From IMG/VR virus record IMGVR_UViG_2531839446_000020: a DNA stretch of 34,098 nucleotides; one strand, given 5' to 3'. Positions 19,211-29,747 of the stretch are shown one piece after another; the stretch's first letter is position 1; the number at the start of each line of letters is the position of its first letter. The notes under the pieces were generated by a model. That model made no database searches and had not been told where the DNA came from. It saw only the letters and a list, made by a program, of their open reading frames with translations. The DNA is from a virus (lineage: Duplodnaviria; Heunggongvirae; Uroviricota; Caudoviricetes). Made by a program: the position numbers and the translations under genes.

Positions 19211-20719
19211 TTAATCTTCGGACTGGTCGTCGGTGTGCTGCGGCTCCTGTCGTTTCGTTGCGGCACTACTGCCTCCTTTATCACTGGCCGGATCGGTATC
19301 AAATACCAGATCCAGCTTGCGGTTTTCATCAATTTCGGCCTTGCGCCGACGTTTGACATCATCCGGATTACGACCACCAGCACGTACCCAGTCTGATTCT
19401 GTCGCCGCTCCACCACGAATCTGGATTTTCCAGGCCTCAGCCTCCTTAACAGGGTCAATCCACGGCATCACTGGTCCGGAATACACCGCGGTATACAGTG
19501 AAGAACGGTCAAGATCGCGGGGTAGCCTGATAACACCGGATGCCACAGCCTGTTTCAGCCAGGCACGATACATCGGGCGGGTGACGGCACCAATAAACCA
19601 GTCCTGCAGGATCAGGTAGCCATCAGTAGATTCAACCAGCTCCTGACGCTGGGCGCTGTAAGTGCCGTTATAGTTGCGCGCTGTACTGGAAAAACTCAGA
19701 CGACTGCCCGCCGCCACGGCACGCAACTGACCATTACGAAAAGTTTCAAGGTTAGGATTGGGGCGATCCGACTTCACCATTCCGATTTCTTCGCCGGGTT
19801 TCAGATCGTCGTAAATAATGCCTGGCTGAATGGTAAGCTCGCGTTCCTTATCCTTGCTGCCATTACCATCCGGTTCATAGCTCTGCCCGTCGCCTTTGCG
19901 GATGTACATCCCCAGAGCAGCGGCGATCCTTGCTGCAGTCAGCTCATAATCTTCATAATCTTTCAGGGCACTGAGGCGGATCAGCACACCGGACAACAAA
20001 GACGTCCCGCGCATCTGGTGCAGACGGCGAACAAATTTAAGATGCAGCATTCGCTCTGCATCCACTTCTTTGGTTTCCATCTGCCGTCCGGATACGGGAC
20101 GGCTTTTATACACCAGATATTTTTCGGGACGCCCCCAGTCATCAACAAACACGCCCTGATTCAGCCTGTTGCTCTCATCACTGGTCATGGGAATAAAGTC
20201 TGGCTCGAGCGCCTCCAGCCAGAAATGAACACCGGCAGAAGGCGTCAGGCTGTTTATGCGCCCGGAAACCATCTGGGCAAACACCTCACCATCGCGCAGC
20301 CAGGTACGCAGCATCAGACGTTCCAGCATCGGACGGGTAAACTGCCCGGTGACTTCCGGGCTGACAGACCATTCACTCCATCGGGTGCGAATCTCCGCTG
20401 CCAGATCACGGGCAATGGCCCCATTGCGTAATACCGGATGTGGCTCGACAATAATCCCGTTTTTCCCCACCACCCGTTCTTCCAGCTTGTCAAATACACC
20501 AATAACCAGATCGTGGTTGTTATCAAGGTAACGGGCCTGCTCACGTAACGACACGGCCCCGTACTGGCTTAGCTGGTCGGCAGTTCGGTTCTCCCGTCGG
20601 GCTTTGTGTGTCCGCGTCGTTTTTACGGCTTCATAAGCCTGGATCACCGCACGGGAACGCAGCCTTGCCGCTTTCCATCCAGGTGAAAAAACGCCAATCA
20701 CATCATCAAGAATTGCCAT
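19211..20719 (-). CDS. Portal protein
   Basis: About 502 aa from MAILDDVIGVF...; sits between gpW-like and capsid genes; ATG overlaps the upstream stop (ATGA). Confidence 0.85.
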   Translation of the reverse strand: MAILDDVIGVFSPGWKAARLRSRAVIQAYEAVKTTRTHKARRENRTADQLSQYGAVSLREQARYLDNNHDLVIGVFDKLEERVVGKNGIIVEPHPVLRNGAIARDLAAEIRTRWSEWSVSPEVTGQFTRPMLERLMLRTWLRDGEVFAQMVSGRINSLTPSAGVHFWLEALEPDFIPMTSDESNRLNQGVFVDDWGRPEKYLVYKSRPVSGRQMETKEVDAERMLHLKFVRRLHQMRGTSLLSGVLIRLSALKDYEDYELTAARIAAALGMYIRKGDGQSYEPDGNGSKDKERELTIQPGIIYDDLKPGEEIGMVKSDRPNPNLETFRNGQLRAVAAGSRLSFSSTARNYNGTYSAQRQELVESTDGYLILQDWFIGAVTRPMYRAWLKQAVASGVIRLPRDLDRSSLYTAVYSGPVMPWIDPVKEAEAWKIQIRGGAATESDWVRAGGRNPDDVKRRRKAEIDENRKLDLVFDTDPASDKGGSSAATKRQEPQHTDDQSED

Positions 20720-20937
20720 CAGAACCTCGCCAGCCGGTACCCGGGATGCCCCCGTCGTCGTGTAATCAGAGCCGCAAGGCGGCGCTCCCACTCCTGCCGT
20801 CCCTGCCGGATCTCAGATAAGTTTTCCATGGTCATCTGCTGACCATTAAAGGTGACGGATTTTCCGTCCAGCACCGCCATTTCAGCTTCCATATAACGCT
20901 GAATCATGGCTTCGATATCATTCTGGTTCATAACCAT
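20719..20937 (-). CDS. Head-tail joining protein (gpW-like)
   Basis: 72 aa between terminase large subunit and portal, as lambda W. Confidence 0.6.
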   Translation of the reverse strand: MVMNQNDIEAMIQRYMEAEMAVLDGKSVTFNGQQMTMENLSEIRQGRQEWERRLAALITRRRGHPGYRLARF

Positions 20938-23030
20938 CCTCCGGAAGTCAGCCAGGGGTTAACATCGTCAGTTACTGTTTTCTTCCGTTTTTGTTTTTTA
21001 ACAGGCGTGGATACCGGTTCCGGTGAGGATGACGGTTCGGTACTGTCCTGGACACACTCCAGCCAGGTTTCCCGGCTCGCCCACTCCGGTGCATCCGGCC
21101 AGCGGATCTTTTCGTATCCATGCAGAATGACCAGAGCCTCGGCATACACCATCAGGTCAAAAGCTTCGTTGGCACCGCGACCCGGCTTACTCCATTTCCC
21201 GTCACTGCTCCGCTCTTCATACGTCAGTTCGTCGTAAAACCAGCTCCCCAGCCAGTCAGGGAAATGCACATAGCCGGGACCTGGCGAGTCACGCCATAAC
21301 GCGTTATTCACCCGGTCTTTCAGTGCATCCGTCTGAAGAAGCCAGAGCGGCACATCACCTGCGGCCTGCGCCCGTCGGCCCGTTCGTCCGGTGTTATCAG
21401 GGAATGTACGGGTGATCAGTTTTGCGCGCCGGATGCTGTCGCCCTTAAACAGGTAAATACGTTTACCAAGGCCATCACGACGGCAACGACGCCAGAATTT
21501 ATAGGCATTATCAGTGACCCCGTCTTCACCGCCGGAGTCCACCGCCATTGCCATCAGTCGCATTTGTTGAGAAGGATCGGAGGCCAGCGGCCAGCTTTTA
21601 TGAAAAACATCCGTCAGCAGGACATCCCAGTCTTCCGGATAGCTGGCCGGATCAATTCGCTGGCTCTCCCCGTCGCTGTCACCGCGCAATGACTGCGTGA
21701 TGTTGTAACGATCAATAATCCAGCGTTCGCCACGGCTGCCATAGCCCGTTACCTGAACCACAAAACGGCGATGACGTCCCGCCTGCACATCCACTGTCGC
21801 CACAAGGAAATTAACGCCATCCGGCACACTGCGGGAAGGAACTGGCTCTGCCCGCTGCTCAAGCAGTTCACTTTTTCGTTGCTCCATGCTGGCGCGGGGA
21901 AGATAAGGTAATCCCCAGTCGGTATTGATAACCGTCTTGAGTGTTTCTTCACTTCCGGTTGTCTCGTATTCCTGTTCTGCAGTAAGCAGTTTGTAAACGA
22001 GTTGCGAGAGTGTCTGGTAAGCAGCTGCCGGACCCTCCATCCAGAATGACGCAATACGTGAGCGTCGGGGATCACCATAACGACTGCCATCCGCATTGAT
22101 GGATTCACCATCCCGCAACCAGACCCCACGTCCGTTCAGCTCACGTTTGTGTTCAGGCATAATCCGTCCTGAACAGGAAGGACACTGAATATAAGCCGCC
22201 TCACTTGCCAGCACGGGATCGGCAATATCACGGAAACCAGCAACCACATCGCCGCAGGGCTGAAAATACTCACCACAGTGTGGACAGGGCCAGTACCAGC
22301 GACGGCGATCACCACGGTTATAGAGCGACAGGATCCCCGTGGTTGGTGGAGCCTCATGCGGTGAAGTCCGTCGCCATTTCACATCCTTCACATCCCTGCC
22401 GGGGGAACTCTCCACCAACGTCATACCGCTGGACATAAATGTGGTGGTACGTTTTGAGGCAAGAGAGAAGGCATCCCCCTCGCCATCAATATCTTCCGGA
22501 AAACGGTCATAATCCGTCAGCGCGACGCATTTATAATCTGATGAGGACATGATATTGACTGACGGCCAGCCGATTTTCAGGTAGTTGCCAGCAAGGAATG
22601 TTCTGTCATAAACGTTGTTGTCATTTTTGTTCGGACTCAGGCGACTGACCACTTCCGGGCTGACGCGAAACGTTCTGGCGAGTCGTTTTTTGGAGTGTTC
22701 GCGGGCTTTTTCCTCCGTCATCTGAATGATCAGCATATCAGCAGGATCGCAAATCACGTTGTAAATCACCCAGCCGTCAATCAGGCCGATAGTCTTGCCG
22801 GTTCGTGCCGGGCCAACAAATATCACTGCGTCGTATTCACGCGAGGCCAGGCAGTTCATCGGCTCAATAACATACGGTGCCACCAGCGGATCCCACGGGA
22901 CTGAGTTCCCGGCCCCCATGGGCACCCGCATATACTGAGCAACGGCATCAGCAACCCGCATTCGTCTCGGTGCGCGAAGGATATAACCTGAATCGGTTCG
23001 TGCTGCCTTTGCGGTTTCCTGATTCAGCAT
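20928..23030 (-). CDS. Terminase large subunit (lambda gpA family)
   Basis: 700 aa with a Walker A-like motif (VGPARTGKT); directly follows the Nu1-like gene with TAATG overlap. Confidence 0.9.
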   Translation of the reverse strand: MLNQETAKAARTDSGYILRAPRRMRVADAVAQYMRVPMGAGNSVPWDPLVAPYVIEPMNCLASREYDAVIFVGPARTGKTIGLIDGWVIYNVICDPADMLIIQMTEEKAREHSKKRLARTFRVSPEVVSRLSPNKNDNNVYDRTFLAGNYLKIGWPSVNIMSSSDYKCVALTDYDRFPEDIDGEGDAFSLASKRTTTFMSSGMTLVESSPGRDVKDVKWRRTSPHEAPPTTGILSLYNRGDRRRWYWPCPHCGEYFQPCGDVVAGFRDIADPVLASEAAYIQCPSCSGRIMPEHKRELNGRGVWLRDGESINADGSRYGDPRRSRIASFWMEGPAAAYQTLSQLVYKLLTAEQEYETTGSEETLKTVINTDWGLPYLPRASMEQRKSELLEQRAEPVPSRSVPDGVNFLVATVDVQAGRHRRFVVQVTGYGSRGERWIIDRYNITQSLRGDSDGESQRIDPASYPEDWDVLLTDVFHKSWPLASDPSQQMRLMAMAVDSGGEDGVTDNAYKFWRRCRRDGLGKRIYLFKGDSIRRAKLITRTFPDNTGRTGRRAQAAGDVPLWLLQTDALKDRVNNALWRDSPGPGYVHFPDWLGSWFYDELTYEERSSDGKWSKPGRGANEAFDLMVYAEALVILHGYEKIRWPDAPEWASRETWLECVQDSTEPSSSPEPVSTPVKKQKRKKTVTDDVNPWLTSGGWL

Positions 23031-23524
23031 TACTCCTCCTGCTGTAATTCCTCCTCATCATCCGCACCTGCTTCAGTCACCCGCAGGGCTATCTGATCGC
23101 GCAGATCATCAATAATGGACTGAACACGGCTCACAGCGGCAGGCTGCAGACCGCAGTCACGTTCAAGAATATCCGGTAATGTCTCCAGCACCTGCACGAC
23201 CGCTTTTGCCCAGATGGCAAACTCCCGTCTGACATCACTGGCCGGAATGAGTTGTGCCGTTTCCTGTTCGAACTTAAGACGCTCACGTTCAGACTGATAC
23301 CAGGCTTTGCGCTCATGCGCGTCCATTTCGCCTTCTGCAACCGGCGGTGGTAATGCCAGAAATGCCGACACAATATCAACCACCCGATAAAGCTTGAGGT
23401 TGCTTTCATGCCCCCCTGCAACGGGTAGATTTTGCAGCCTTGCCGCAGCAGTCTGGCGATGTACACCTGACAGTGCCGCCAGTTGACTGATATTCAGCGT
23501 CAGATTTTTTAACTCTCGATCCAT
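23030..23524 (-). CDS. Terminase small subunit (Nu1-like)
   Basis: 164 aa with N-terminal HTH-like segment (LNISQLAALSGVHRQTAA) and acidic C-terminus; first gene after the cos-like region. Confidence 0.8.
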   Translation of the reverse strand: MDRELKNLTLNISQLAALSGVHRQTAAARLQNLPVAGGHESNLKLYRVVDIVSAFLALPPPVAEGEMDAHERKAWYQSERERLKFEQETAQLIPASDVRREFAIWAKAVVQVLETLPDILERDCGLQPAAVSRVQSIIDDLRDQIALRVTEAGADDEEELQQEE

Positions 23525-23689
23525 ACCCGCTCCAGAATGTTTTAAACATGCATCTTGCGAACAACTTTAGGCAAACGGTGTTAGTGGTGAACAAAAAACA
23601 ATCAAAATCGACACCATAAAAATAAAATCACCGTAATATCAATACATTACAGTAGTGGTGATGACGGATGAAATTTCAAAAACTAGCCT

Positions 23690-23730
23690 TTTTCCGCAAC
23701 GCTCCCGCCCCGTGGCAGGGGCCCCCACCG
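23690..23730 (-). other. Putative cos site (cosN-like)
   Basis: Minus strand CACGGGGCGGGAGCGTTGCGGAAAAAGG... resembles lambda cosN (ACGGGGCGGCGACCTCGCGGGTTTTCG), about 180 bp upstream of the Nu1-like start, as in lambda. Confidence 0.45.
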
Positions 23731-24076
23731 GGAGGACCCGACAGCCTGACAGCCGTGACGAGCATCTGATACAGCGCTTTACATAATGGCATAGGAATAA
23801 TTCAGAAGGACATCACAGCATGCCCACACAAATTAGTGTGAGTGTCCTGTTTCTTCCTACGCACAGGACTGACGAGCATGAGGGGAAAATACGCGAACCG
23901 AAATGCCTTATCTTTAGAAATGCAGCCGGCATCCGAACTGGACGATATTGTAAATTCACCTAAATACGAGGCATTGCTGTAGTTGAATTGCAGTACTGTA
24001 TTAGCCTGACAGTGACAGAATACGATATTGACTCTGTCACTTGTGAAATGGTCAGAATGGTTAGCAGTTATGGTGA

Positions 24077-24283
24077 TCAGTCAACCACCAGGGAATAATC
24101 CTTCGTATTCTTATCGTGCTTTACTAACGCGGCCTCAATTGCCCTGAATGCTTCCAGAGATACTTGATGTGCTATACATGCAATTACAACATCCGGGTAA
24201 CCCATCGAAATGGTGCTATTAAGCATAGTTTTTACACGAACCTGCTCCTGGGAGGGGGCATCAGTGTATTGATCTTTATGCAT
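24077..24283 (-). CDS. Hypothetical small protein (Qin-prophage-type)
   Basis: 68-aa ORF; shares a motif pattern with the ORF at 24924-25154. Confidence 0.4.
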   Translation of the reverse strand: MHKDQYTDAPSQEQVRVKTMLNSTISMGYPDVVIACIAHQVSLEAFRAIEAALVKHDKNTKDYSLVVD

Positions 24284-24487
24284 TTTGTCGCTCCATGCGT
24301 TTGCTCTTCACTTGCGGCTAAAAATATAACGTCAAATCACTCAGCATGAAAGTGTGAAAGTTTCAGCGCGTTTCCCTTACATAATCTGTCGTTTGTATTC
24401 TCTCCAGGCATACCGGAAAGACTAGGTATTGTCACACAACCAATACCACCGACTATCGAGACTTATATCTATTCGGTAATGTTTAAA

Positions 24488-24516
24488 TATAACAAAACCC
24501 CGTAAAAACGAGGTTT
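24488..24516 (-). terminator. Intrinsic terminator-like hairpin downstream of the gnsA/B-like gene
   Basis: Minus-strand RNA AAACCUCG-uuuuua-CGGGGUUU followed by UGUUAUAUUU. Confidence 0.4.
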
Positions 24517-24578
24517 ATGGGTAAATTGTATTGTTGAATAGCATCTGATAAGAAATTGATGCTAATACTATAAACACA

Positions 24579-24754
24579 CTAGATTAAATCAATCTTGATA
24601 TCATAGCTTTCAAGACCAGTCATTTTTTCCCGTGCAGTAAACTGGATACTGGTAACTTCTTTCCCGGTCTTTTTCTTAAGCTCAATAATTTTTTTGTTAT
24701 ATATTCAGAAATATCTGCTTCTGTTTTTGTTTTTAACTCTTCAATGTTCATCAT
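24579..24754 (-). pseudogene. gnsB: gnsA/gnsB-family gene, frame interrupted in an A7 homopolymer
   Basis: MMNIEELKTKTEADISEYITKK is in frame; after the A7 run (plus-strand T7 at 24689-24695) the homologous sequence IIELKKKTGKEVTSIQFTAREKMTGLESYDIKIDLI continues in the adjacent frame to TAG 24579-24581. Strong RBS AAGAGGAA. Confidence 0.6.
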
Positions 24755-24923
24755 TTCCTCTTTTAGTCTGTTATGACTTTCCTGGTACACAGTAGTGTCA
24801 ATTATATGGAGCAAACGTATAAAAGATAAGATGAAACATCGCAATAATCAACATACGACAGTCTAAATTTCGCACAAACAGATAAAGATGATTATCCTTT
24901 ATTATCAAGGCATTAGAATGAAA

Positions 24924-25154
24924 TCAATTCAAGAGTCTCATTGCTGCTTCCAGAATTTCTTCTGAAGTTACATGTCGATCCGCTGCTACATAAATGACTT
25001 TATGATCTCCGGTCAGAGATGGAAACCCTGCAGCCATTACAGTGAGATGTGTTGTTTCGCCATTTGGATATTCACGCATGATGGTGTTAACTCCGGTCAT
25101 CACTGGCACTACCATTGCTGGTTCAGAGTTAAAAAAAACTATTATTTTTTTCAT
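24924..25154 (-). CDS. Hypothetical small protein (Qin-prophage-type)
   Basis: 76 aa from ATG 25152-25154 (MKKIIVFFNSEPAMVVPV...); start uncertain, weak RBS. Confidence 0.4.
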   Translation of the reverse strand: MKKIIVFFNSEPAMVVPVMTGVNTIMREYPNGETTHLTVMAAGFPSLTGDHKVIYVAADRHVTSEEILEAAMRLLN

Positions 25155-25198
25155 GATGTTACCGTAATATGTGAGTATCCATCGACTAGACACTAAGC

Positions 25199-25218
25199 AA
25201 AAAAGCTCCCGAAGGAGC
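25199..25218 (-). terminator. Intrinsic terminator of the cspI-like gene
   Basis: Minus strand GCTCC-TTCG-GGAGC followed by TTTTTT. Confidence 0.55.
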
Positions 25219-25425
25219 CTTCATTTTCACTTTCTTAAATCTAACGACAGACGGCTAACATTTAAGTATTGTGAAATATTATCAAATGTAATCATCATTG
25301 ATTTACAAAAGATACATTTTGCCCCGAAAGGATTCCTGTCAGAAACATCAAAAGATGATGTTCTATACTGAGAACCATGGCAACACGGGCATCTAAAGTG
25401 AATATGGTTTGTAATATTTTCTACC

Positions 25426-25638
25426 TCAAAGTGCCACTACATGAACAGCCGCGGGGCCTTTAGGTCCGTTCTCAATACCAAATTCGACTTGCTGATTCTC
25501 AGTTAACGTTTTGAAATCGTTGCTCTGAATAGCTGAGAAATGGACAAACACATCTTTGCTACCATCTTTCGGCGTGATGAAACCAAAACCTTTTTCAGGG
25601 TTAAACCATTTCACTAAACCAGTCATTTTGTTAGACAT
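25426..25638 (-). CDS. cspI: Cold shock protein, CspI-like
   Basis: [70 protein letters not shown]; long AT-rich 5' leader (25639-26000) typical of csp genes. Confidence 0.85.
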   Translation of the reverse strand: MSNKMTGLVKWFNPEKGFGFITPKDGSKDVFVHFSAIQSNDFKTLTENQQVEFGIENGPKGPAAVHVVAL

Positions 25639-26001
25639 TATTATTACCTTTTGAAGAAGTTAGCCCTTGGGCAGAATGGTCCGAAAAAAAATATCAGAGA
25701 GAAAAACCAACAAGGAAATCTCAAGAGGTACAAATAATAAAATTATAACAATGACTGCTTCAGATAATTTTGTAACAAACCAGAACACCATTAACGCATG
25801 ATTAACCAACCATAGCAAGGATTACTTTTGTAAAGAAAAACACACGAATGAAACAATAGCTTTATTTATTAATAAAACGTGTCATTCTGTCTAATGACCT
25901 TTTATCTTACCCTTAAGATTTCAAGGATTTTGACTCATGGAAGAGTCCTTTTTATTTAAATTTCACATTCAGCGCTAAAAATAATCCGATTTAATATTAA
26001 T

Positions 26002-27029
<1,028 letters not shown>

Positions 27030-27136
27030 GGATATTTATCAGGATTTATCGGCTTCAAATCCCCGGATATGTTAAATCTTACCTCACCAGTGATGGGCAC
27101 TGGCGGGAGGAGGATGTCAATCTGATAAACACAGAG

Positions 27137-27403
27137 GTGACTATGGATTACACAAATCTACCAAAACAAACTTTTGCTGATTTAATCGCACTCAGGCAAG
27201 CAGTCGTAGCTCTAATCAACTTGTTGCCGGAGAAGGAAAAGGAATTAGTTAAAGCGCTTCTTAACAGAACTGCCGCCGATTTTTCATCATATCCACTGAC
27301 AGATGACCTTGCGGACCTTCCTGAATTAATTGCAGCGTCCGCCATTAAGCTTACTGAAGAGATTTACCCTCCTCAAAAATCTTCACAAAATTCCTGCGAG
27401 TAA
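27137..27403 (+). CDS. Hypothetical plus-strand ORF (88 aa) inside the lysis cassette
   Basis: Good RBS (AGAGGTG) before the ATG; fills the 320-bp gap between the 183-aa ORF and the endolysin; 3' end overlaps the convergent 183-aa ORF by about 50 bp. Confidence 0.35.
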   Translation: MTMDYTNLPKQTFADLIALRQAVVALINLLPEKEKELVKALLNRTAADFSSYPLTDDLADLPELIAASAIKLTEEIYPPQKSSQNSCE

Positions 27404-27902
27404 CTTCAATGCAATAATCGTAAAACGCCGCAAACTGCTCATCGCGGCGTTTTTTTTCATCTTCAGAAGGGATCAGCACCGACAATTTTTTATTCAGATC
27501 AGCGACGCTGCCCTCCAGTTTTTCAATGGGCGATTCAATATCATCTTTTTCTGACCGCAATGCCGTCGGTGGCGTCTTCAGAGAACCAGTAATTCTTCCC
27601 GGTAGCTTTCCTTTGTAGGTTATCCACACATTCTGCGCCTCTAAAATTATGGGGCGCTTTTCCGGCGACTGCTCATCCCCTACACATAACCCGGCAGCAA
27701 CATCCAGGAATACCTGTCTGATTCTCATTCTGGCTGCTGCCTCATAAAACTCCAGCGCGGCACCTTCAACACGGTCCAGCGAGATGTCCAGGTCAAAAAT
27801 TTCACCGTCAAAGCGTTTTTTGTCCCGTAAGGCTACAGTTACCGCCACTTTATTCTCAAAATTGCGGACTCCTTTCACAACCAGTTCATAGTCTTGTGTC
27901 AT
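27351..27902 (-). CDS. Hypothetical protein (183 aa) inserted between holin and endolysin
   Basis: Start at ATG 27900-27902 (MTQDYELVVKGVRNF...), 4 nt after the holin stop. Charged, no transmembrane segment, no motif I recognise. Occupies the position of ydfR in the K-12 Qin lysis cassette. Confidence 0.55.
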   Translation of the reverse strand: MTQDYELVVKGVRNFENKVAVTVALRDKKRFDGEIFDLDISLDRVEGAALEFYEAAARMRIRQVFLDVAAGLCVGDEQSPEKRPIILEAQNVWITYKGKLPGRITGSLKTPPTALRSEKDDIESPIEKLEGSVADLNKKLSVLIPSEDEKKRRDEQFAAFYDYCIEVTRRNFVKIFEEGKSLQ

Positions 27903-27906
27903 TGGA

Positions 27907-28122
27907 TTACTCTCTTCTCGCAACCTTACGCCTGTCTTCTTTAATCTTGAAATAAAGGTTTGTCAGATACGTCAGCAGGCCAAAAACCAGACTACCCAGC
28001 ACACCGATTGCAGCCCACTGTGACGGAGTTACTTTATCGAGTAACTGCAATGCCCAGAAACCAGCATTACCAGCCGATGTGCCATAGGCGATACCTGTTG
28101 TTAACTTATCCATTGATTTCAT
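27907..28122 (-). CDS. Holin, S21/EssD-type pinholin
   Basis: [71 protein letters not shown]; 71 aa, two transmembrane segments, close to phage 21 S / EssD. Confidence 0.85.
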   Translation of the reverse strand: MKSMDKLTTGIAYGTSAGNAGFWALQLLDKVTPSQWAAIGVLGSLVFGLLTYLTNLYFKIKEDRRKVARRE

Positions 28123-28340
28123 ATCCTCACCCCGATGTACACAGATGGTGCAATATGTTTGAAAAGATCGGAGTCTATGGGTTAGTTTTTATAGCAAACG
28201 TTGTTCTCAACGGCGCTAAAAAACAGACACATTAAAAATGTGGGTAATTATTTTAAAAGAAAATCATATATTAAATAATAATACGAGATATGTTTTCATA
28301 TTTAGTGTACTGTATACGGCCATTTATACAGGAAAAGCCT

Positions 28341-28511
28341 ATGTCAGAACGTAAAGACTCAAAATCACGCCGTAATTATCTCGTTAAATGTTCCTGCCCA
28401 AACTGCACCCAAGAGTCAGAACACAGTTTTTCAAGAGTACAAAAAGGTGCCCTTTTGATCTGCCCTCATTGCAACAAAGTATTCCAGACAAATCTTAAAG
28501 CTGTAGCTTGA
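28341..28511 (+). CDS. Small zinc-ribbon protein (C4)
   Basis: MSERKDSKSRRNYLVKCSCPNCTQESEHSFSRVQKGALLICPHCNKVFQTNLKAVA; two CxxC pairs; RBS AGGAAAAG; followed by a terminator hairpin. Confidence 0.5.
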   Translation: MSERKDSKSRRNYLVKCSCPNCTQESEHSFSRVQKGALLICPHCNKVFQTNLKAVA

Positions 28512-28570
28512 TTGATTTTATTCGTAACAAGTATTTTTTATATTTTAATAACATATTTAAAGCAGATAAT

Positions 28571-28596
28571 AAAAAACCCGCCTGAGCGGGTTTAAT
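28571..28596. terminator. Bidirectional intrinsic terminator (cspB-like gene and zinc-ribbon gene)
   Basis: AAAAAACCCGC-ctga-GCGGGTTT, with U-runs on both strands. Confidence 0.55.
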
Positions 28597-28874
28597 ATTG
28601 TGGTACTTTTTGTGGGAGTCATCCACTTACGCACTTTGTTTTGCTATGCCAGCAGTTAGCTTCTGCTGTAAAACTATTCATGCAGCAAACCTGCACTTCA
28701 CCACAATGGTTAGCATACTTTTCCTGATTAAGTTATTGCCAAATATGCTGGCCATCGTTTCATGTATTGGACCTCCTTACTATTTATTAAAGAGATCCAA
28801 TATTCACCACTCTGTCTGTATCTCCACTCAGGCATCAGCCTTCTTCGTTATCGTATACAGACAAACTATGAATT

Positions 28875-29090
28875 TTAATCAGTAATTATGACATTTGCTG
28901 CTGCAGGACCTTTAGCACCACTCTCTACAGAGAAGGTAACCTTTTGACCTTCAAATAAGGTTCGAAAATTATCATTCTGAATCGCAGAAAAATGCACAAA
29001 CACATCTTTACTACCATCAACAGGAGAAATAAAGCCGAAACCTTTATCAGCGTTAAACCATTTTACTAAACCAGTCATTTTATTTGACAT
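28875..29090 (-). CDS. cspB: Cold shock protein, CspB-like
   Basis: [71 protein letters not shown]. Confidence 0.85.
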   Translation of the reverse strand: MSNKMTGLVKWFNADKGFGFISPVDGSKDVFVHFSAIQNDNFRTLFEGQKVTFSVESGAKGPAAANVIITD

Positions 29091-29390
29091 TCTACATTCC
29101 TTAACTTGAGCCTTTCGGCATAAATGGCTTGTATAACAGAAACGACTTCGTACTTAATTGGAGAGACTCAAAGAAGGAATAAGTGAATAACACCTGAAAT
29201 GAGAACTGCTTTAGTAAACTACTTCGTATATCGTCTGTTCTTCAAACCGACGCAATCATTAACGCATAGTTGAACATATGAAGCAATGTTTATTTTAGAC
29301 ATCCAGCCATCTTCAACCCCATCAAAAAACTATAGCTTTCTTCAGGAACGTGTGTATAGTGCGCCCAGTTATCAGTATTAAGGAATTTTT

Positions 29391-29603
29391 TTGTCCCGTA
29401 AAATGACAGGAATTGTCAAAACCTTTGACGGCAAAAGCGGCAAGGGTCTTATCACCCCATCCGATGGTCGTATCGATGTCCAGCTTCATGTTTCAGCGCT
29501 CAATCTCCGCGATGCAGAAGAAATTACCACCGGATTACGCGTGGAATTTTGCCGGATAAATGGTCTGCGTGGCCCTTCAGCTGCCAATGTTTACCTTTCA
29601 TGA
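29391..29603 (+). CDS. cspF: Cold shock protein homolog, CspF/CspH-like
   Basis: [70 protein letters not shown]; divergent from the cspB-like gene as in K-12 Qin. Confidence 0.8.
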
Positions 29604-29657
29604 GCTATATTAAAGCTTTAATTTCAGGCCCCATCGAATCAAACATGGAGAGTTTTC

Positions 29658-29747
29658 ATGAATAACCCCGTCTGTCTTGATGACTGGTTGATTGGCTTTA
29701 AAAGCTTATGCTGTACTTTGACCGTAATAGCTCTGCTAATAATGTAA
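29658..29747 (+). CDS. Candidate small hydrophobic peptide (29 aa)
   Basis: ATG preceded by GGAGAG at optimal spacing; [29 protein letters not shown] has a hydrophobic C-terminal half. Confidence 0.3.
   Translation: MNNPVCLDDWLIGFKSLCCTLTVIALLIM

Noticed and set aside
19197-19458. 87-codon N-terminal extension of the protease/capsid ORF overlapping the portal gene
   Set aside because: Overlaps the portal 3' end in another frame; the ATG at 19195-19197 gives the expected protease N-terminus and a 14-nt intergenic gap.
28598-28885. 95-aa plus-strand ORF downstream of the terminator
   Set aside because: No RBS, odd composition, lies in the 3' region of the cspB-like gene; likely spurious.
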